Virus record (IMG/VR): IMGVR_UViG_3300008516_000159
DNA length: 64,000 nucleotides
Strand: one strand, 5' to 3'
Origin: a virus
Shown here piece by piece: positions 9,199 through 18,983 of the stretch (position 1 is the first letter of the stretch; each line of letters starts with the position of its first letter). The notes beneath the pieces are model-generated. The model had not been told where the DNA came from and searched no databases. It worked only from the letters and a program-made list of their open reading frames with translations. The position numbers and the translations under genes were made by a program.

Positions 9199-10473
9199 CA
9201 ACTGCGTTAATCTGAATGTCCCGTAATCAATATCAAACTCAATCCTCATTGATGATTCGCCGTTTCTATTTTTGGCAACATATAATGTCATTTTGTTCTG
9301 TCCCTTTTGGTCCTGGCTCTGGCTTATCGTCGCAAAAAAATCAAGTATCTGTAATTTAATAATCGAATCTGCGATAAGCGCTCCTGAAATAATCTCCTTG
9401 GTACCGCCTTCTTTATCCATGGACTCTCTGTTGGTTTGTGAAGCTGTAATAATCGGAACTTCCATCTCGACAGCAAGGCCCCTGAGATTTTCATATATGT
9501 TGCCTAACTCCTCATACTTAGAAGAATAAGCATGAGTTGGTTTCATAATGTCTGCATAATCTACGATTATCATATCTGGCGTGAAGCCTTCGTAAACTTT
9601 TAATTTCTCCAAGTGAGCTTTTATAGAATTAACATTGCCACCTCTGGTTGGAAACTCTTTAATGTACAACCTAGCCTGTGTTCTGGCCTGTATCTCATTC
9701 ATTTTCTTTTTGAGTTCAGGTACCTCGTTTTTCAATTGAAGTGATGGTATACGGCTCATACAGGCATCATAACGCATACCGAGCCTTTCTTCGGATATTT
9801 CAAACGTATAGACCGCCACGTTGTAGTTTTTCAATAAAGCATTAGCGCCAACATTAACCAAGAATATAGATTTGCCTATCCCAGGTGGGGCTCCGAAACA
9901 GAATAAGCTTTTCTTTTCGAAACCACCGCCAAGGACCTTATCTATAAACGTCCAGCCGGACGGAACTTTTTCCAGGTGTAATTGATTGATACGTTCGTAT
10001 CGCTCTTCTATTTTCCATATGTCGATGCCAAGATCTATATCAATATTGAATAGTAGTGCGTCTTTGACTAAATCGTTTATTTCATCGAAGCTGTCATTCT
10101 GAAGCAAATCGACGGACTTGTACAAGGCATCCCGCATGCGAGCCTTTTTAGTAAAGCTCTTGACTTCGTCTAGTAGGTATTGTTTGTCTTTCCCGGAAAG
10201 TTCCTGATCATATATTACATCTGCGGCCCTCTTGACTGTATCCTTGTCTAGGTTGACATTCTTGAGTCTGTCAAATAAGATATTTTCGCTTGGAAGTTTA
10301 TTATACTTCTCAAATAATAACTTGAATGTAACAAAGATAGACTTGGTGACGCGATTATCAAAATAATGCGGCTCCAGGCTGTTCAGCATAAGTAGCCAAA
10401 AACTTCTATCGCGTAAGCTGTAGTTGAGTATTTCGAGCTCTAGTTGGTAGCCAAATTGGGGGGATTCTTTCAA
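9187..10473 (-). CDS. Replicative DNA helicase (DnaB / T4 gp41-like)
   Basis: Walker A GAPPGIGKS, FEISEE, IVDYAD, TASQTNR, KNRNG. Confidence 0.93.
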   Translation of the reverse strand: MKESPQFGYQLELEILNYSLRDRSFWLLMLNSLEPHYFDNRVTKSIFVTFKLLFEKYNKLPSENILFDRLKNVNLDKDTVKRAADVIYDQELSGKDKQYLLDEVKSFTKKARMRDALYKSVDLLQNDSFDEINDLVKDALLFNIDIDLGIDIWKIEERYERINQLHLEKVPSGWTFIDKVLGGGFEKKSLFCFGAPPGIGKSIFLVNVGANALLKNYNVAVYTFEISEERLGMRYDACMSRIPSLQLKNEVPELKKKMNEIQARTQARLYIKEFPTRGGNVNSIKAHLEKLKVYEGFTPDMIIVDYADIMKPTHAYSSKYEELGNIYENLRGLAVEMEVPIITASQTNRESMDKEGGTKEIISGALIADSIIKLQILDFFATISQSQDQKGQNKMTLYVAKNRNGESSMRIEFDIDYGTFRLTQLLSS

Positions 10474-10595
10474 GGACGTTCCTTGTGTGATTCTTTCATT
10501 TATATATGCTTTATCTATGCTTCCAAAGATAACAGAGAAGAGACGTCTATAATGTAGACAAACACCAAAGATAATAAAAAAGAAGGGAGAAAAAC

Positions 10596-10784
10596 ATGGA
10601 TCTTACAAATTTGCTCCAAAAACTTCACGACAAGATAGACAAAGAAGCAGCTGACAAAACCAAAGATCGTGGCATATCCGTTTTTGCCGCAGGCGACCCA
10701 GATAAGAGACCGAAGGAGTCTTTTGCCGAACTAGGCAAGGTTGTTACAAAGCCTCAGTCGGGAGAGGTATCCACAGGAAAGTAA
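10596..10784 (+). CDS. Hypothetical protein
   Basis: RBS gggag; starts plus-strand operon. Confidence 0.55.
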   Translation: MDLTNLLQKLHDKIDKEAADKTKDRGISVFAAGDPDKRPKESFAELGKVVTKPQSGEVSTGK

Positions 10785-10825
10785 ATGAAACCGATGGTAG
10801 TGTCGGTTTAAAAAAGGATAAAAAA

Positions 10826-11107
10826 ATGGATTTAGAAAAGTTTCTCAAGAGTCTGAATGAACAAGAACCAACCGTACGAAGAGCTCCGGCCCCTGCGGCA
10901 GTTGCTGGTCCAGCACCGGTTAGACAAGCAACAGTACAGCCAGGGGTTGTTCAACCAGCGGCTCCAGCAAGACAGGCCGCAGCTCCTCCACCTCCTCCTG
11001 CTCCCAAGGCTCAGGGATTTACAGATGCTCAAAAAAAGGAAGTAAAGGCTATCGTAGATAAAGCCATTGAAGATTTCATGAAAGGTCAAGTAGAAAAGGA
11101 ACTCTAA
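10826..11107 (+). CDS. Pro/Ala-rich protein, possible internal head protein
   Basis: MDLEKFLKSLNE N-terminus, low-complexity linker. Confidence 0.65.
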   Translation: MDLEKFLKSLNEQEPTVRRAPAPAAVAGPAPVRQATVQPGVVQPAAPARQAAAPPPPPAPKAQGFTDAQKKEVKAIVDKAIEDFMKGQVEKEL

Positions 11108-11847
11108 TGAAATTCTCTGATATAGTCGAAGCTGGTGTCGACAAGTCTGTCAAAAGAGATGTCAAGCACACAGAAAGAGCAGTAAAACTAGTTGGCAAAC
11201 GCTTGTATGATACAGCCACGCAGGCTTCCTATTATCATAAGAAAATGAAAGAGCTAGAAAGAAAGAGGGCCAGCTTGAAGGACAGGGTGGCTGTTTCTAG
11301 AAAACCCACAAAAGACATAGGGGAAGTAGCAGCACTAGATCATGCCATAAAGGATTATAAGGTAAAGATCAGAGACATGGGAAGTAAAATCGGATCTTAC
11401 CTGGCCGCAATGCCTTTCGGTACCAAAAAACAATACTTGACTACCATTCAGAAAAGATTCCCTGAGATATATACTTTCTTAAGAGTAGAACCAAAACAAG
11501 AGCGCGCCGATCAATTAGCCAGGGACAAAGAGGCGCGGCCAGGAGAACAAGTGGCACCGGAGCAACAGCCTCCTGGCGAACCAAAAGAACTTATTGATAA
11601 AATGAGACGCGAAATAGTCGACCTCAAAAAACAGCTTGCCGACAAACCAGAAGCACAACCCGCAAACGAAATAAGAGACGCTTTAATTGGCACTCTCACA
11701 TCGGATATGTATGGATATGGTGTTCGAGAGAGCGAAGCGTTTGTAGATAAATGGCTCAAGGCCAACCCACCAAAACCAAACGAAAAAATCCAAGATATAC
11801 TACCACGATTTCTTGCCGACATGGCAGAACAAAAAAGCCTCGTTTGA
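11107..11847 (+). CDS. Coiled-coil protein, possible internal head protein
   Basis: MKFSDIVEA N-terminus; translationally coupled. Confidence 0.7.
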   Translation: MKFSDIVEAGVDKSVKRDVKHTERAVKLVGKRLYDTATQASYYHKKMKELERKRASLKDRVAVSRKPTKDIGEVAALDHAIKDYKVKIRDMGSKIGSYLAAMPFGTKKQYLTTIQKRFPEIYTFLRVEPKQERADQLARDKEARPGEQVAPEQQPPGEPKELIDKMRREIVDLKKQLADKPEAQPANEIRDALIGTLTSDMYGYGVRESEAFVDKWLKANPPKPNEKIQDILPRFLADMAEQKSLV

Positions 11848-11879
11848 TACATATATAACCAAAAAGAAAGGACATACAC

Positions 11880-12215
11880 ATGATTAAAGATTTCGATGAA
11901 ATTGTTGACGAATGCCGCGAGCTGCACCGCAAAAAGGGCAGCGACTACGCAAACGACAAGGATCCTTACCTCAACTTCAGGATTACCGGGCTGACCGGTA
12001 TATCGACCCGCCTCGTAGACAAAGCCGTTCGACTGTTCAATGTTTGGGAAAATAAAAAAATCAACGTTACCGACGAAACCATAGAGGATACCATCAAAGA
12101 TGTTATCGTTCTCGGCATAATAGCTCTCTCCTGGTTTCGAAACGAAGAGCAGGCTATGAAAGAGGTGCCAAAGCCCAAGGATTCCGGTGGCATCATTCAT
12201 CACGAGGACAAATAA
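11880..12215 (+). CDS. DUF1599 / nucleotide-modification-associated domain protein
   Basis: KKGSDYA, LVDKAVRL, EDTIKDVIVLGII. Confidence 0.7.
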   Translation: MIKDFDEIVDECRELHRKKGSDYANDKDPYLNFRITGLTGISTRLVDKAVRLFNVWENKKINVTDETIEDTIKDVIVLGIIALSWFRNEEQAMKEVPKPKDSGGIIHHEDK

Positions 12216-12454
12216 TGAGCAAAGAGATTAGCGAAGCAAGACGAGTAATGAGGGAAGCCTTCGATAAGGACGAGAATTTTAGGTTTGGATATGTAGCCAA
12301 TATATCCTGCCTAATTCACGACAAAATTTCGTGGGATAAAAAGAAATACGCACTGGTGCTGTTAGAGGACAATAAAGCAGGTTGGAGTTGGGCCGCAACA
12401 AACGAGCTGGCAGAAAAGATACTGGATTTAATCTTCTATGACAAAAGAAACTAA
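12215..12454 (+). CDS. Hypothetical protein
   Basis: Coupled to upstream stop. Confidence 0.65.
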   Translation: MSKEISEARRVMREAFDKDENFRFGYVANISCLIHDKISWDKKKYALVLLEDNKAGWSWAATNELAEKILDLIFYDKRN

Positions 12455-12719
12455 AAAAGCTAAAGACATACTCAAAGACAGATCGTTTAGAATAATCTAC
12501 CTTCGTGAAGATGACATTGTATTATACAAAGAAGACTACCCATCGTTTATTCCTAACAAAGGCGACGCGGTTCTACTCGATGGAAAACATTATGTCGTAA
12601 TCGACAGAACATTTTGCCCTGAGGAAAACAATGTATGTATATATGTCAATGATTATAACACTATAGCGACAAAAACAATTAAAGAGATGAAGCCGGTGCC
12701 ATATAGGGGTTCGCTATAA
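12438..12719 (+). CDS. Hypothetical SH3-like protein with N-terminal KKAKDILK
   Basis: IPNKGDAVLLDGKHYVV. Confidence 0.65.
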   Translation: MTKETKKAKDILKDRSFRIIYLREDDIVLYKEDYPSFIPNKGDAVLLDGKHYVVIDRTFCPEENNVCIYVNDYNTIATKTIKEMKPVPYRGSL

Positions 12720-12720
12720 T

Positions 12721-13275
12721 ATGAAATGTGTGCGATGCCAGCTAGGACAAAGCAGGGAAGATAATAACTACGAAACAGTTTGGCATGATGGAAGTCCATC
12801 TGCCAAGATTATGATTGTAGGCGAAGCTCCCGGAAAAGAAGAGGCCGAGACAGGCAAGCCTTTTGTTGGCAGAGCGGGCAAGAAGCTTCGTTCAATACTG
12901 AAAGATTTTGTGGACCTCAAGAAAGATGTGTTCATTACCAATACTGTTCTGTGTAGGCCTCCCAATAATCGCAATCCTGAGATCTCCGAACAAGATGCCT
13001 GTTTTCCTCACCTAGAGGCGATGTTCTTTACCGTCAAACCAAGACTAGTAATGACAGTCGGCCGTGTTTCATCGGATTGGCTACTGAGAATAATTCATAA
13101 AGAATATAAGATATACGAAATGAAAGAGGCTACGTGGAATGATCATTGGTTTTTGTGGCTGCCCCTGTATCATCCCTCTTATCTGTTAAGAAAGCCCACC
13201 GCTGTAGAACCATTCGTAGCTTGTTTACAAAGATATAAAGGAATACTGGACAAGCTACGGACCCATGGCAATTAA
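12721..13275 (+). CDS. udg: Uracil-DNA glycosylase family 4
   Basis: C..C, GEAPG.EE, PFVGRAG, ITN.V.CRPP.NR.P, C, YHPSYLLR. Confidence 0.92.
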   Translation: MKCVRCQLGQSREDNNYETVWHDGSPSAKIMIVGEAPGKEEAETGKPFVGRAGKKLRSILKDFVDLKKDVFITNTVLCRPPNNRNPEISEQDACFPHLEAMFFTVKPRLVMTVGRVSSDWLLRIIHKEYKIYEMKEATWNDHWFLWLPLYHPSYLLRKPTAVEPFVACLQRYKGILDKLRTHGN

Positions 13276-13501
13276 ATACTACATCAACTTCGCAGACGAG
13301 TTGTTTATTCTCAAAGAGATAAAACTCGGAATAAGCCGCGTTAATGCAGAGGTAGTGTTTGCCACGGCCGATGTTCTATGGGCTCCTAAACTTCCTGACG
13401 GCAGCATTGGCGTATCAACAGACAACTGGCTCGATCTCTTCAAAGAGCCCAATGGTTTGCAAGATAAAAAGGAAATATTATTGGTAGCAATGGGAATATA
13501 A
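13265..13501 (+). CDS. 78-aa tandem paralog 1
   Basis: YYINF...W...EP.G..DKK.IL..(M/V)GI; exact 237-bp period. Confidence 0.8.
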   Translation: MAIKYYINFADELFILKEIKLGISRVNAEVVFATADVLWAPKLPDGSIGVSTDNWLDLFKEPNGLQDKKEILLVAMGI

Positions 13502-13738
13502 ATGAGCCAAACAAAGTATTATATCAACCTTTCAGACGAAGTTATTATCCTCAGAGAGAAAAAACGCGACGAGAAGCATGTGAATACAGACGTATTATTT
13601 ACCACAGCGACGTCGATTAAATTCAACACACTTGATGACGGTAGTTTTAATGTGGGGGCTGGCCATTGGGATCACTCTTTTAGAGAACCTTATGGAATTA
13701 AAGATAAAAAGATTATACTGCGATATGTAGGAATATAA
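13502..13738 (+). CDS. 78-aa tandem paralog 2
   Basis: Same family; TAAATG junction. Confidence 0.8.
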   Translation: MSQTKYYINLSDEVIILREKKRDEKHVNTDVLFTTATSIKFNTLDDGSFNVGAGHWDHSFREPYGIKDKKIILRYVGI

Positions 13739-13975
13739 ATGAACTCAGCCAGATACTATATCAATTTTTTACCCCGCGACGTTTTAATCGTCAGAAAAAA
13801 GAAACGTACTAAAGAACGCGTATATACGGATTTGTTGTTCACCTTCGGCGGTGATGTTCATGATTATTATATAACCAGCGATTTCACTGTATTAGTCCGG
13901 GACTGGGATCGATTTTTCACAGAGCCCAAGGGTGTTGAAGATAAAAAAGAGATACTACAAGCCATGGGAATATAA
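13739..13975 (+). CDS. 78-aa tandem paralog 3
   Basis: Same family; TAAATG junction. Confidence 0.8.
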   Translation: MNSARYYINFLPRDVLIVRKKKRTKERVYTDLLFTFGGDVHDYYITSDFTVLVRDWDRFFTEPKGVEDKKEILQAMGI

Positions 13976-14221
13976 ATGGAAAACACAAGGTACATCTGGA
14001 GAGTATTAAACTTTAGTCCGCCAGAAATAATTTTATACAAAGAAACAAAAGACAATAACTTCAAAGTAGTGTATACTGACGATGATAAGTTCTTTCCTGT
14101 AGGCTTTCAGCACTATAGAAAATTCATATTGCCAGTCGCCTTTACATTTTACCTAGAGAATGAAGACAAAAAAAGAATGATACACCTCAAATTTTCAGGC
14201 GAATTGTGGCCACAAAGTTAA
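13976..14221 (+). CDS. Hypothetical protein
   Basis: TAAATG junction; DKKRMIHLKF tail. Confidence 0.65.
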   Translation: MENTRYIWRVLNFSPPEIILYKETKDNNFKVVYTDDDKFFPVGFQHYRKFILPVAFTFYLENEDKKRMIHLKFSGELWPQS

Positions 14222-14533
14222 ATGGAAACTAAACCCGGTGAAATCAGATATCATAAAAAGCTAGGCATCAAAGTAAAGTACTTGGGCACCCTTGACCATG
14301 TTTGGTATGACGTCAGCGTAAAAATGATACCTCCAGCCGTTCATAAAATGTATGATATAACGAAAACGACAGGAGAAATCCCACAGTGGGAATGGCATAA
14401 ACACTGGACCACTGATGATCCAAAACTTTCTTCTGAAGAGATATTGAGGTCGGTAAAGATAATGAAACTTTTATGGCGGTTAGATAAGATCCCCGATAAA
14501 TACTCTGTTTACTACTTACAGAGGCGGACATGA
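14222..14533 (+). CDS. Hypothetical protein
   Basis: TAAATG junction. Confidence 0.65.
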   Translation: METKPGEIRYHKKLGIKVKYLGTLDHVWYDVSVKMIPPAVHKMYDITKTTGEIPQWEWHKHWTTDDPKLSSEEILRSVKIMKLLWRLDKIPDKYSVYYLQRRT

Positions 14534-14588
14534 AAATAGAGCCAGGAACAACAGGATATTATGCGTTCACTGGAAATGGAACATTCGA

Positions 14589-14876
14589 ATGGCACGCACT
14601 ATAAAAATTCGGGTATGGTACGAACAAAATAAAGACAGCTCAATCTTTACTGTCGGCGAAAAAGAACAGGACATGCCGAACGAAAACGTATCGATAAAAA
14701 TATTACTATCCAACGAAACTCAAGCTAGCACCATGGTCGAAAGGGATGTAGCCTGGGATTACGGCTGGTATCCTAAACTTTTAGAAAAAGATAGCCACTA
14801 TACCAGTAATATTAAAAAGATAATCATAAGTAAATCAATATTTAAACCAGAACATAAACTACATGGAGATTTATAA
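14589..14876 (+). CDS. Hypothetical protein (possibly frameshifted from a start at 14530)
   Basis: Tail NIKKIIISKSIF; upstream 24-aa ORF MKIEPGTTGYY resembles family N-termini. Confidence 0.55.
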   Translation: MARTIKIRVWYEQNKDSSIFTVGEKEQDMPNENVSIKILLSNETQASTMVERDVAWDYGWYPKLLEKDSHYTSNIKKIIISKSIFKPEHKLHGDL

Positions 14877-15604
14877 TGGATCTCGGTAAAATTAAACCCG
14901 AAAAAATAAAGACAGATTCGGTCGACAAAATAGATGATTTTGAAAACGACCAACTAGGAGCACTAAAACAGAGGAGAGTATGGCTCTCGATGCGCGATGA
15001 AGTAGTTAAAGCTTTAAGACATGCGGAGGCAAAAATCGCGAGGGCCAAAGCTATGAAGAAGCCAATCAAACGTGTTGCAGAATTGGCTAAAGAGATCAGG
15101 GGAGCAAAAAAAGAAGAAGCTAAAAAGAAATCCAGCAAGAACCTCAAGGAATTTATGGAACAATATGTAGGCCAGTTCCAGTTTAAAAAGGGCAATTCTG
15201 CGTTGGGTTTCTCTCGAGGCCACAGCAATTCGATTTATAACAAATATGGCTTTGACCAAGAAAATCTTAAAGTAGAAGATTTGGAAGCCATCAAAGAGTT
15301 TGTTGTTTACGCGAAAGGCCTCGTGAAAAAGGATAATAAAGACGTTCACGCTTTAATGGACGTCTGGACAAAAGCTCTGGATAGGACGATTGCAGATTGG
15401 CCAAAATCATTTGACGATTATGGCAAGGAAATTGTCAGTGAAATACTAGATGCCCTATTTGAGCTCGAAGACACCAGAGAAGAAAAAGAAAAATATATGG
15501 ATAAAGTAGATCTCGTAACCTCTCCTATGAATGATTCGGATTTTGTAGTTGCGAAAAAAGCAACGCCTCCGCTTCAAACCAAGGGAGACTACGAGAAATA
15601 CTAA
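14876..15604 (+). CDS. Hypothetical coiled-coil protein
   Basis: 242 aa, coupled start. Confidence 0.75.
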   Translation: MDLGKIKPEKIKTDSVDKIDDFENDQLGALKQRRVWLSMRDEVVKALRHAEAKIARAKAMKKPIKRVAELAKEIRGAKKEEAKKKSSKNLKEFMEQYVGQFQFKKGNSALGFSRGHSNSIYNKYGFDQENLKVEDLEAIKEFVVYAKGLVKKDNKDVHALMDVWTKALDRTIADWPKSFDDYGKEIVSEILDALFELEDTREEKEKYMDKVDLVTSPMNDSDFVVAKKATPPLQTKGDYEKY

Positions 15605-15897
15605 TGAACAAAATCAGCCAATACTTACGTAACAAAGAACTTACGCCGTGTGACCTGAAAACTCTGATACATTACATTGAAATAATTAGAGATATCGTCA
15701 ATTTGCCAGATGATATAGATCAGCTATCTGAAATTGCCGGGCTTGTAGCAGAAGAGCCCGGTGATTTGCTTGATGAAGCTGCTAGGAGAGTTGTAATTGA
15801 TGTATTAGATGCTTTAGATCAGGTAGATATTGATAGTGCTATTGCGGAATGTGACAACGATGACAACATTAGTCTTAATAATGGCGACTGGGATTAA
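15604..15897 (+). CDS. Acidic hypothetical protein
   Basis: Coupled start; converges on minus cluster. Confidence 0.65.
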   Translation: MNKISQYLRNKELTPCDLKTLIHYIEIIRDIVNLPDDIDQLSEIAGLVAEEPGDLLDEAARRVVIDVLDALDQVDIDSAIAECDNDDNISLNNGDWD

Positions 15898-15909
15898 TAA
15901 CCGCGGCGC

Positions 15910-16209
15910 TCAATCTTTACGTCCCTCAAAGGCTTGCCGAACAAACATCTTTTTGGCTTTCAAAGGCGTATGGCTAAAGTTGGATAAACGATCTTGATCA
16001 TAATTTCCAGGTAATATCAACCCCTCCTTGTGGCTTGTGTATATGTTTTTAACAACTCTATAAGTGACAAGAGTTTCTATGCCGCTCCCAATCATTACAG
16101 ATATCTTGCCTTTGTCTATCACGACATAAAGCACGTTCTGCATGTTCTCAGCCTCGATATAGGCCGCAAGCACTCTGTAAATTATATCACCTCTTTTAAA
16201 TGGTTTCAT
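15910..16209 (-). CDS. SH3-like small protein, C-terminal helix family
   Basis: FKRGDIIY...KAKKMFVRQAF. Confidence 0.75.
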   Translation of the reverse strand: MKPFKRGDIIYRVLAAYIEAENMQNVLYVVIDKGKISVMIGSGIETLVTYRVVKNIYTSHKEGLILPGNYDQDRLSNFSHTPLKAKKMFVRQAFEGRKD

Positions 16210-16511
16210 GTTTGTTCGCCTTCTATATTGTGCCGAAACGCTCGAAGTATTGCTCCTCTTTTTGCTTTTCTTAAAGTAGAATATACAGTTTGCGTCGGAG
16301 CCTCGTCATAGTCGCCTACTTTTAAGGCCTCCACACCGCTGAGTTTGCATAGCATACTCTTGATGATAGTAAAACCTACTACATCCTGATGGACTTCTGG
16401 GTCGTCTATTCTCACTTTCTCGATCGCGATACCGGTTACAGAAAACTTGGGATGAAAGCTGGCAAATGTTCTGTATGCAACATCACCCTTTTTCATTCTG
16501 AGTACCACCAA
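16206..16511 (-). CDS. SH3-like small protein, C-terminal helix family
   Basis: MKKGDVAY...KAKRGAILRAF. Confidence 0.75.
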   Translation of the reverse strand: MVVLRMKKGDVAYRTFASFHPKFSVTGIAIEKVRIDDPEVHQDVVGFTIIKSMLCKLSGVEALKVGDYDEAPTQTVYSTLRKAKRGAILRAFRHNIEGEQT

Positions 16512-16759
16512 AACAATCGACTTATGATAACGAGTTTGACTTCGATTAAGATCTTATAAAGATTATCCGTGTGAGCTTTTGAAAAATCTCCGGGTCCTAA
16601 AGCAAAGCCTTTTGCTTTGGGAGAGGCATACAACGAATCTTTTATACGTAGAGATGCCAACTCTATGCCTTCGGGGCTGTTTAATAGTTCAGCTCTTGAT
16701 ACCTCCAGCATAGACGGCGAAGACGCACTTATTAAATAAACTAAATCTCCTTGTCTCAT
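16493..16759 (-). CDS. SH3-like small protein, C-terminal helix family
   Basis: MRQGDLVY...VKLVIISRLF. Confidence 0.7.
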   Translation of the reverse strand: MRQGDLVYLISASSPSMLEVSRAELLNSPEGIELASLRIKDSLYASPKAKGFALGPGDFSKAHTDNLYKILIEVKLVIISRLFWWYSE

Positions 16760-17055
16760 TGTCCCACATCATCTAATGATAGTCTTATAAGCTCTTTTTT
16801 TGCATCCTGAGGATTGTCAGGAAAACGATAGAACTCCATTACAATCAGATTACCTTCTTGATACTCTCCGAAACTCTCGTCGTCTATACTTTGATATATT
16901 ATTTTGGTTATCTCTGCATCAGCATGACGGCTCGCTGGATAAACCTTAAGCATATCTACTTCTAATAACACCGCGACCGCATCCCGCGGATTACCATATA
17001 CATAGTATCGTTTTCCGGGAGTGTCGTCGTAGTAATGTTTGCGCATTAGTTTCAC
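16756..17055 (-). CDS. Paralog B2 of duplicated two-gene unit
   Basis: MKLMRK..DDTPGKRYY...DAKKELIRLSLDDVGQ. Confidence 0.8.
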   Translation of the reverse strand: MKLMRKHYYDDTPGKRYYVYGNPRDAVAVLLEVDMLKVYPASRHADAEITKIIYQSIDDESFGEYQEGNLIVMEFYRFPDNPQDAKKELIRLSLDDVGQ

Positions 17056-17333
17056 ATCAGTGCTCCACCAAAGTTTAAATGAATAAATAACTTTTTGGCC
17101 TCAAGCAAGCTGTCTGGTAACATTTTAATATACGATATATATCTCTCCTTACTGACCTCTATCTTTCTGTCTAGACCTTTGTAAAAAAGCGCTTTATCCA
17201 CCACATATGTTGCGTCACGGCTAGCCACGCTAGTAATTTTTACGCGGAATGCATATTGCTTGTCTTGCTTCGGATGGGCATAAACATACCATCTCATGTC
17301 GCCTTTTTCTGGTCTAGGATATTTAAATAGCAT
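17052..17333 (-). CDS. Paralog A2 of duplicated two-gene unit
   Basis: YPRPEKG..W.VYAH...EAKKLFI. Confidence 0.8.
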   Translation of the reverse strand: MLFKYPRPEKGDMRWYVYAHPKQDKQYAFRVKITSVASRDATYVVDKALFYKGLDRKIEVSKERYISYIKMLPDSLLEAKKLFIHLNFGGALM

Positions 17334-17351
17334 ACTGTTCTTCCGCTTATT

Positions 17352-17645
17352 TTATTGGCCGACATCATCTAACGACAGTCTTACAAGTTCTTTCTTTGCG
17401 TCTTGAGGAGTCTCTGGAAGATGATAGAAAAGTGCCATGAACGTATACCCCTCTTCGTAAACGCTAAATACGCCGGGAGTTTGATATATCACCTTGGTGA
17501 CTTTACAATAAACTTGATCGCTCGTGGGATGGACTTCATGAATCTCTATCTCTAATAATGTAGCACGAGCATCCCACGGATTGCCATACAAATAATATCG
17601 TTTTCCTGGAGTATCGTCAGGATAATACTTGCGCATTAACTTCAC
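17352..17645 (-). CDS. Paralog B1 of duplicated two-gene unit
   Basis: Clear paralog of 16756..17055. Confidence 0.8.
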   Translation of the reverse strand: MKLMRKYYPDDTPGKRYYLYGNPWDARATLLEIEIHEVHPTSDQVYCKVTKVIYQTPGVFSVYEEGYTFMALFYHLPETPQDAKKELVRLSLDDVGQ

Positions 17646-17923
17646 ATAAATACTCCTTCGAAACGCGCACGAATAAACAGCTGTTTTGCCTCAAACGCGG
17701 TTTCAGGTAAATGTCGCTTCCATGGGATTTCGAATGCTTCCCCAATGCTGCTTGGAGAATTGACGCTATAGATCACTTCTTCAACAGTAACATCGGCCAT
17801 ATCATCACCAACGTCGTCAATCACAACATCTAATATAAATGCTGATGAACGCTCCGCCGAGTGAGCATATACACACCATCTATTTTTGCCTTTTTTGGGT
17901 CTTGGATAATTTAATAATGGCAT
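17642..17923 (-). CDS. Paralog A1 of duplicated two-gene unit
   Basis: Clear paralog of 17052..17333. Confidence 0.8.
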   Translation of the reverse strand: MPLLNYPRPKKGKNRWCVYAHSAERSSAFILDVVIDDVGDDMADVTVEEVIYSVNSPSSIGEAFEIPWKRHLPETAFEAKQLFIRARFEGVFM

Positions 17924-17945
17924 TCAATATTCCATGACATATAAT

Positions 17946-18297
17946 TGGAGCCGGGGAGGTTCGAACTCCCGTCCCTCGAATATTCACTTTGAAACACTAC
18001 ATGCTTAGCCCTGCTGCGGGATTCGGTTATTAATTCACAGGACGAAACGTCATAACCTAGCCTAACTTGTTTTTCGCTTTTGAATCGGTATTGGCTTCGG
18101 TTCAAATAGCATAGTCTCCGTTTCTGACGCCCTATTTCTCACCAGAGACAATAAGAAATAGAACGGCTGCTTAATTAAGCAGCAAGTGCAAGTGTTTCGT
18201 TAGCAACTATAGTTTGAATGGTCTTTTAAAGAGCCTTACCAAACTCTGCATGCGTCTCAAAGATCATCATCCCAGGTCGAATCCAAATGTCGGCCCC
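17946..18297 (-). ncRNA. ssrA: tmRNA, tag (A)ANETLALAA
   Basis: GGGGCCG...GGAUUCGAC 5' end, G3-U70 acceptor, T arm GGGAGUUCGAACCUCCC, tag GCTAACGAAACACTTGCACTTGCTGCT TAA. Confidence 0.97.
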
Positions 18298-18304
18298 GTC
18301 ATCA

Positions 18305-18634
18305 TTATCTATGTCCTAAAGTGGCTTTAATTATGTTGTATTTAAATCTTTTCTGTTCATTGATCGCGTTCATTATCTTTTTAAGTTCTTCGGTAGTCGG
18401 CCTGACTACGGCACGTCGCGGACTAATCTGTACTCTCTCGGTGCGATCATATCGCCCATAAAGAGAGGCCCACCATTCTGTTCCATATGAAGAAGGCACA
18501 TATGTACCAATTTTAATTACTGCCGGCCACCCATATTTATTACCTGAATCGATTAGATATACAAATAGCTCACGATATTTTGCCGGACCTTTTTGTTTTT
18601 CATCTATTATAATTTCACCAGTTTTGAACTTCAT
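18305..18634 (-). CDS. MKFKTG-family small protein
   Basis: MKFKTGEIIIDEK; paralog of 18984..19319. Confidence 0.8.
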   Translation of the reverse strand: MKFKTGEIIIDEKQKGPAKYRELFVYLIDSGNKYGWPAVIKIGTYVPSSYGTEWWASLYGRYDRTERVQISPRRAVVRPTTEELKKIMNAINEQKRFKYNIIKATLGHR

Positions 18635-18637
18635 TCA

Positions 18638-18955
18638 TCAACCCATTAAATCAAATATGTCTTGTATAATACTTATTTTTTTACGCGGCGTAGTGCGCCT
18701 GGCGTACGGCTTCAATTGAGGCCACGAATCGATATGAGCAAAACCTTGATAATTAATATTTGTCCCCATTACTTCTGGCTTTCTTCTGGCAGAATATAAA
18801 AGATTCTCGAACTTTTTGCGGCTCGCTCTGCCTATCTGTACCACTAGTCTCACATTGTACGTGCGCGACTTGGACATAAGTACTCCAATGTACAGAAATA
18901 CCCTTCCGGAAGTGTGTTGTTTCCAGACTATTATATCACCCGTTTTAAATTTCAA
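18638..18955 (-). CDS. MKFKTG-family small protein
   Basis: MKFKTGDIIVW...KKISIIQDIF. Confidence 0.8.
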   Translation of the reverse strand: MKFKTGDIIVWKQHTSGRVFLYIGVLMSKSRTYNVRLVVQIGRASRKKFENLLYSARRKPEVMGTNINYQGFAHIDSWPQLKPYARRTTPRKKISIIQDIFDLMG

Positions 18956-18983
18956 ACCTATATGCCTCTCACGGTCGATATCA

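Noticed and set aside
11511-12203. 230-aa minus-strand ORF
   Set aside because: Antisense to two well-supported plus-strand genes.
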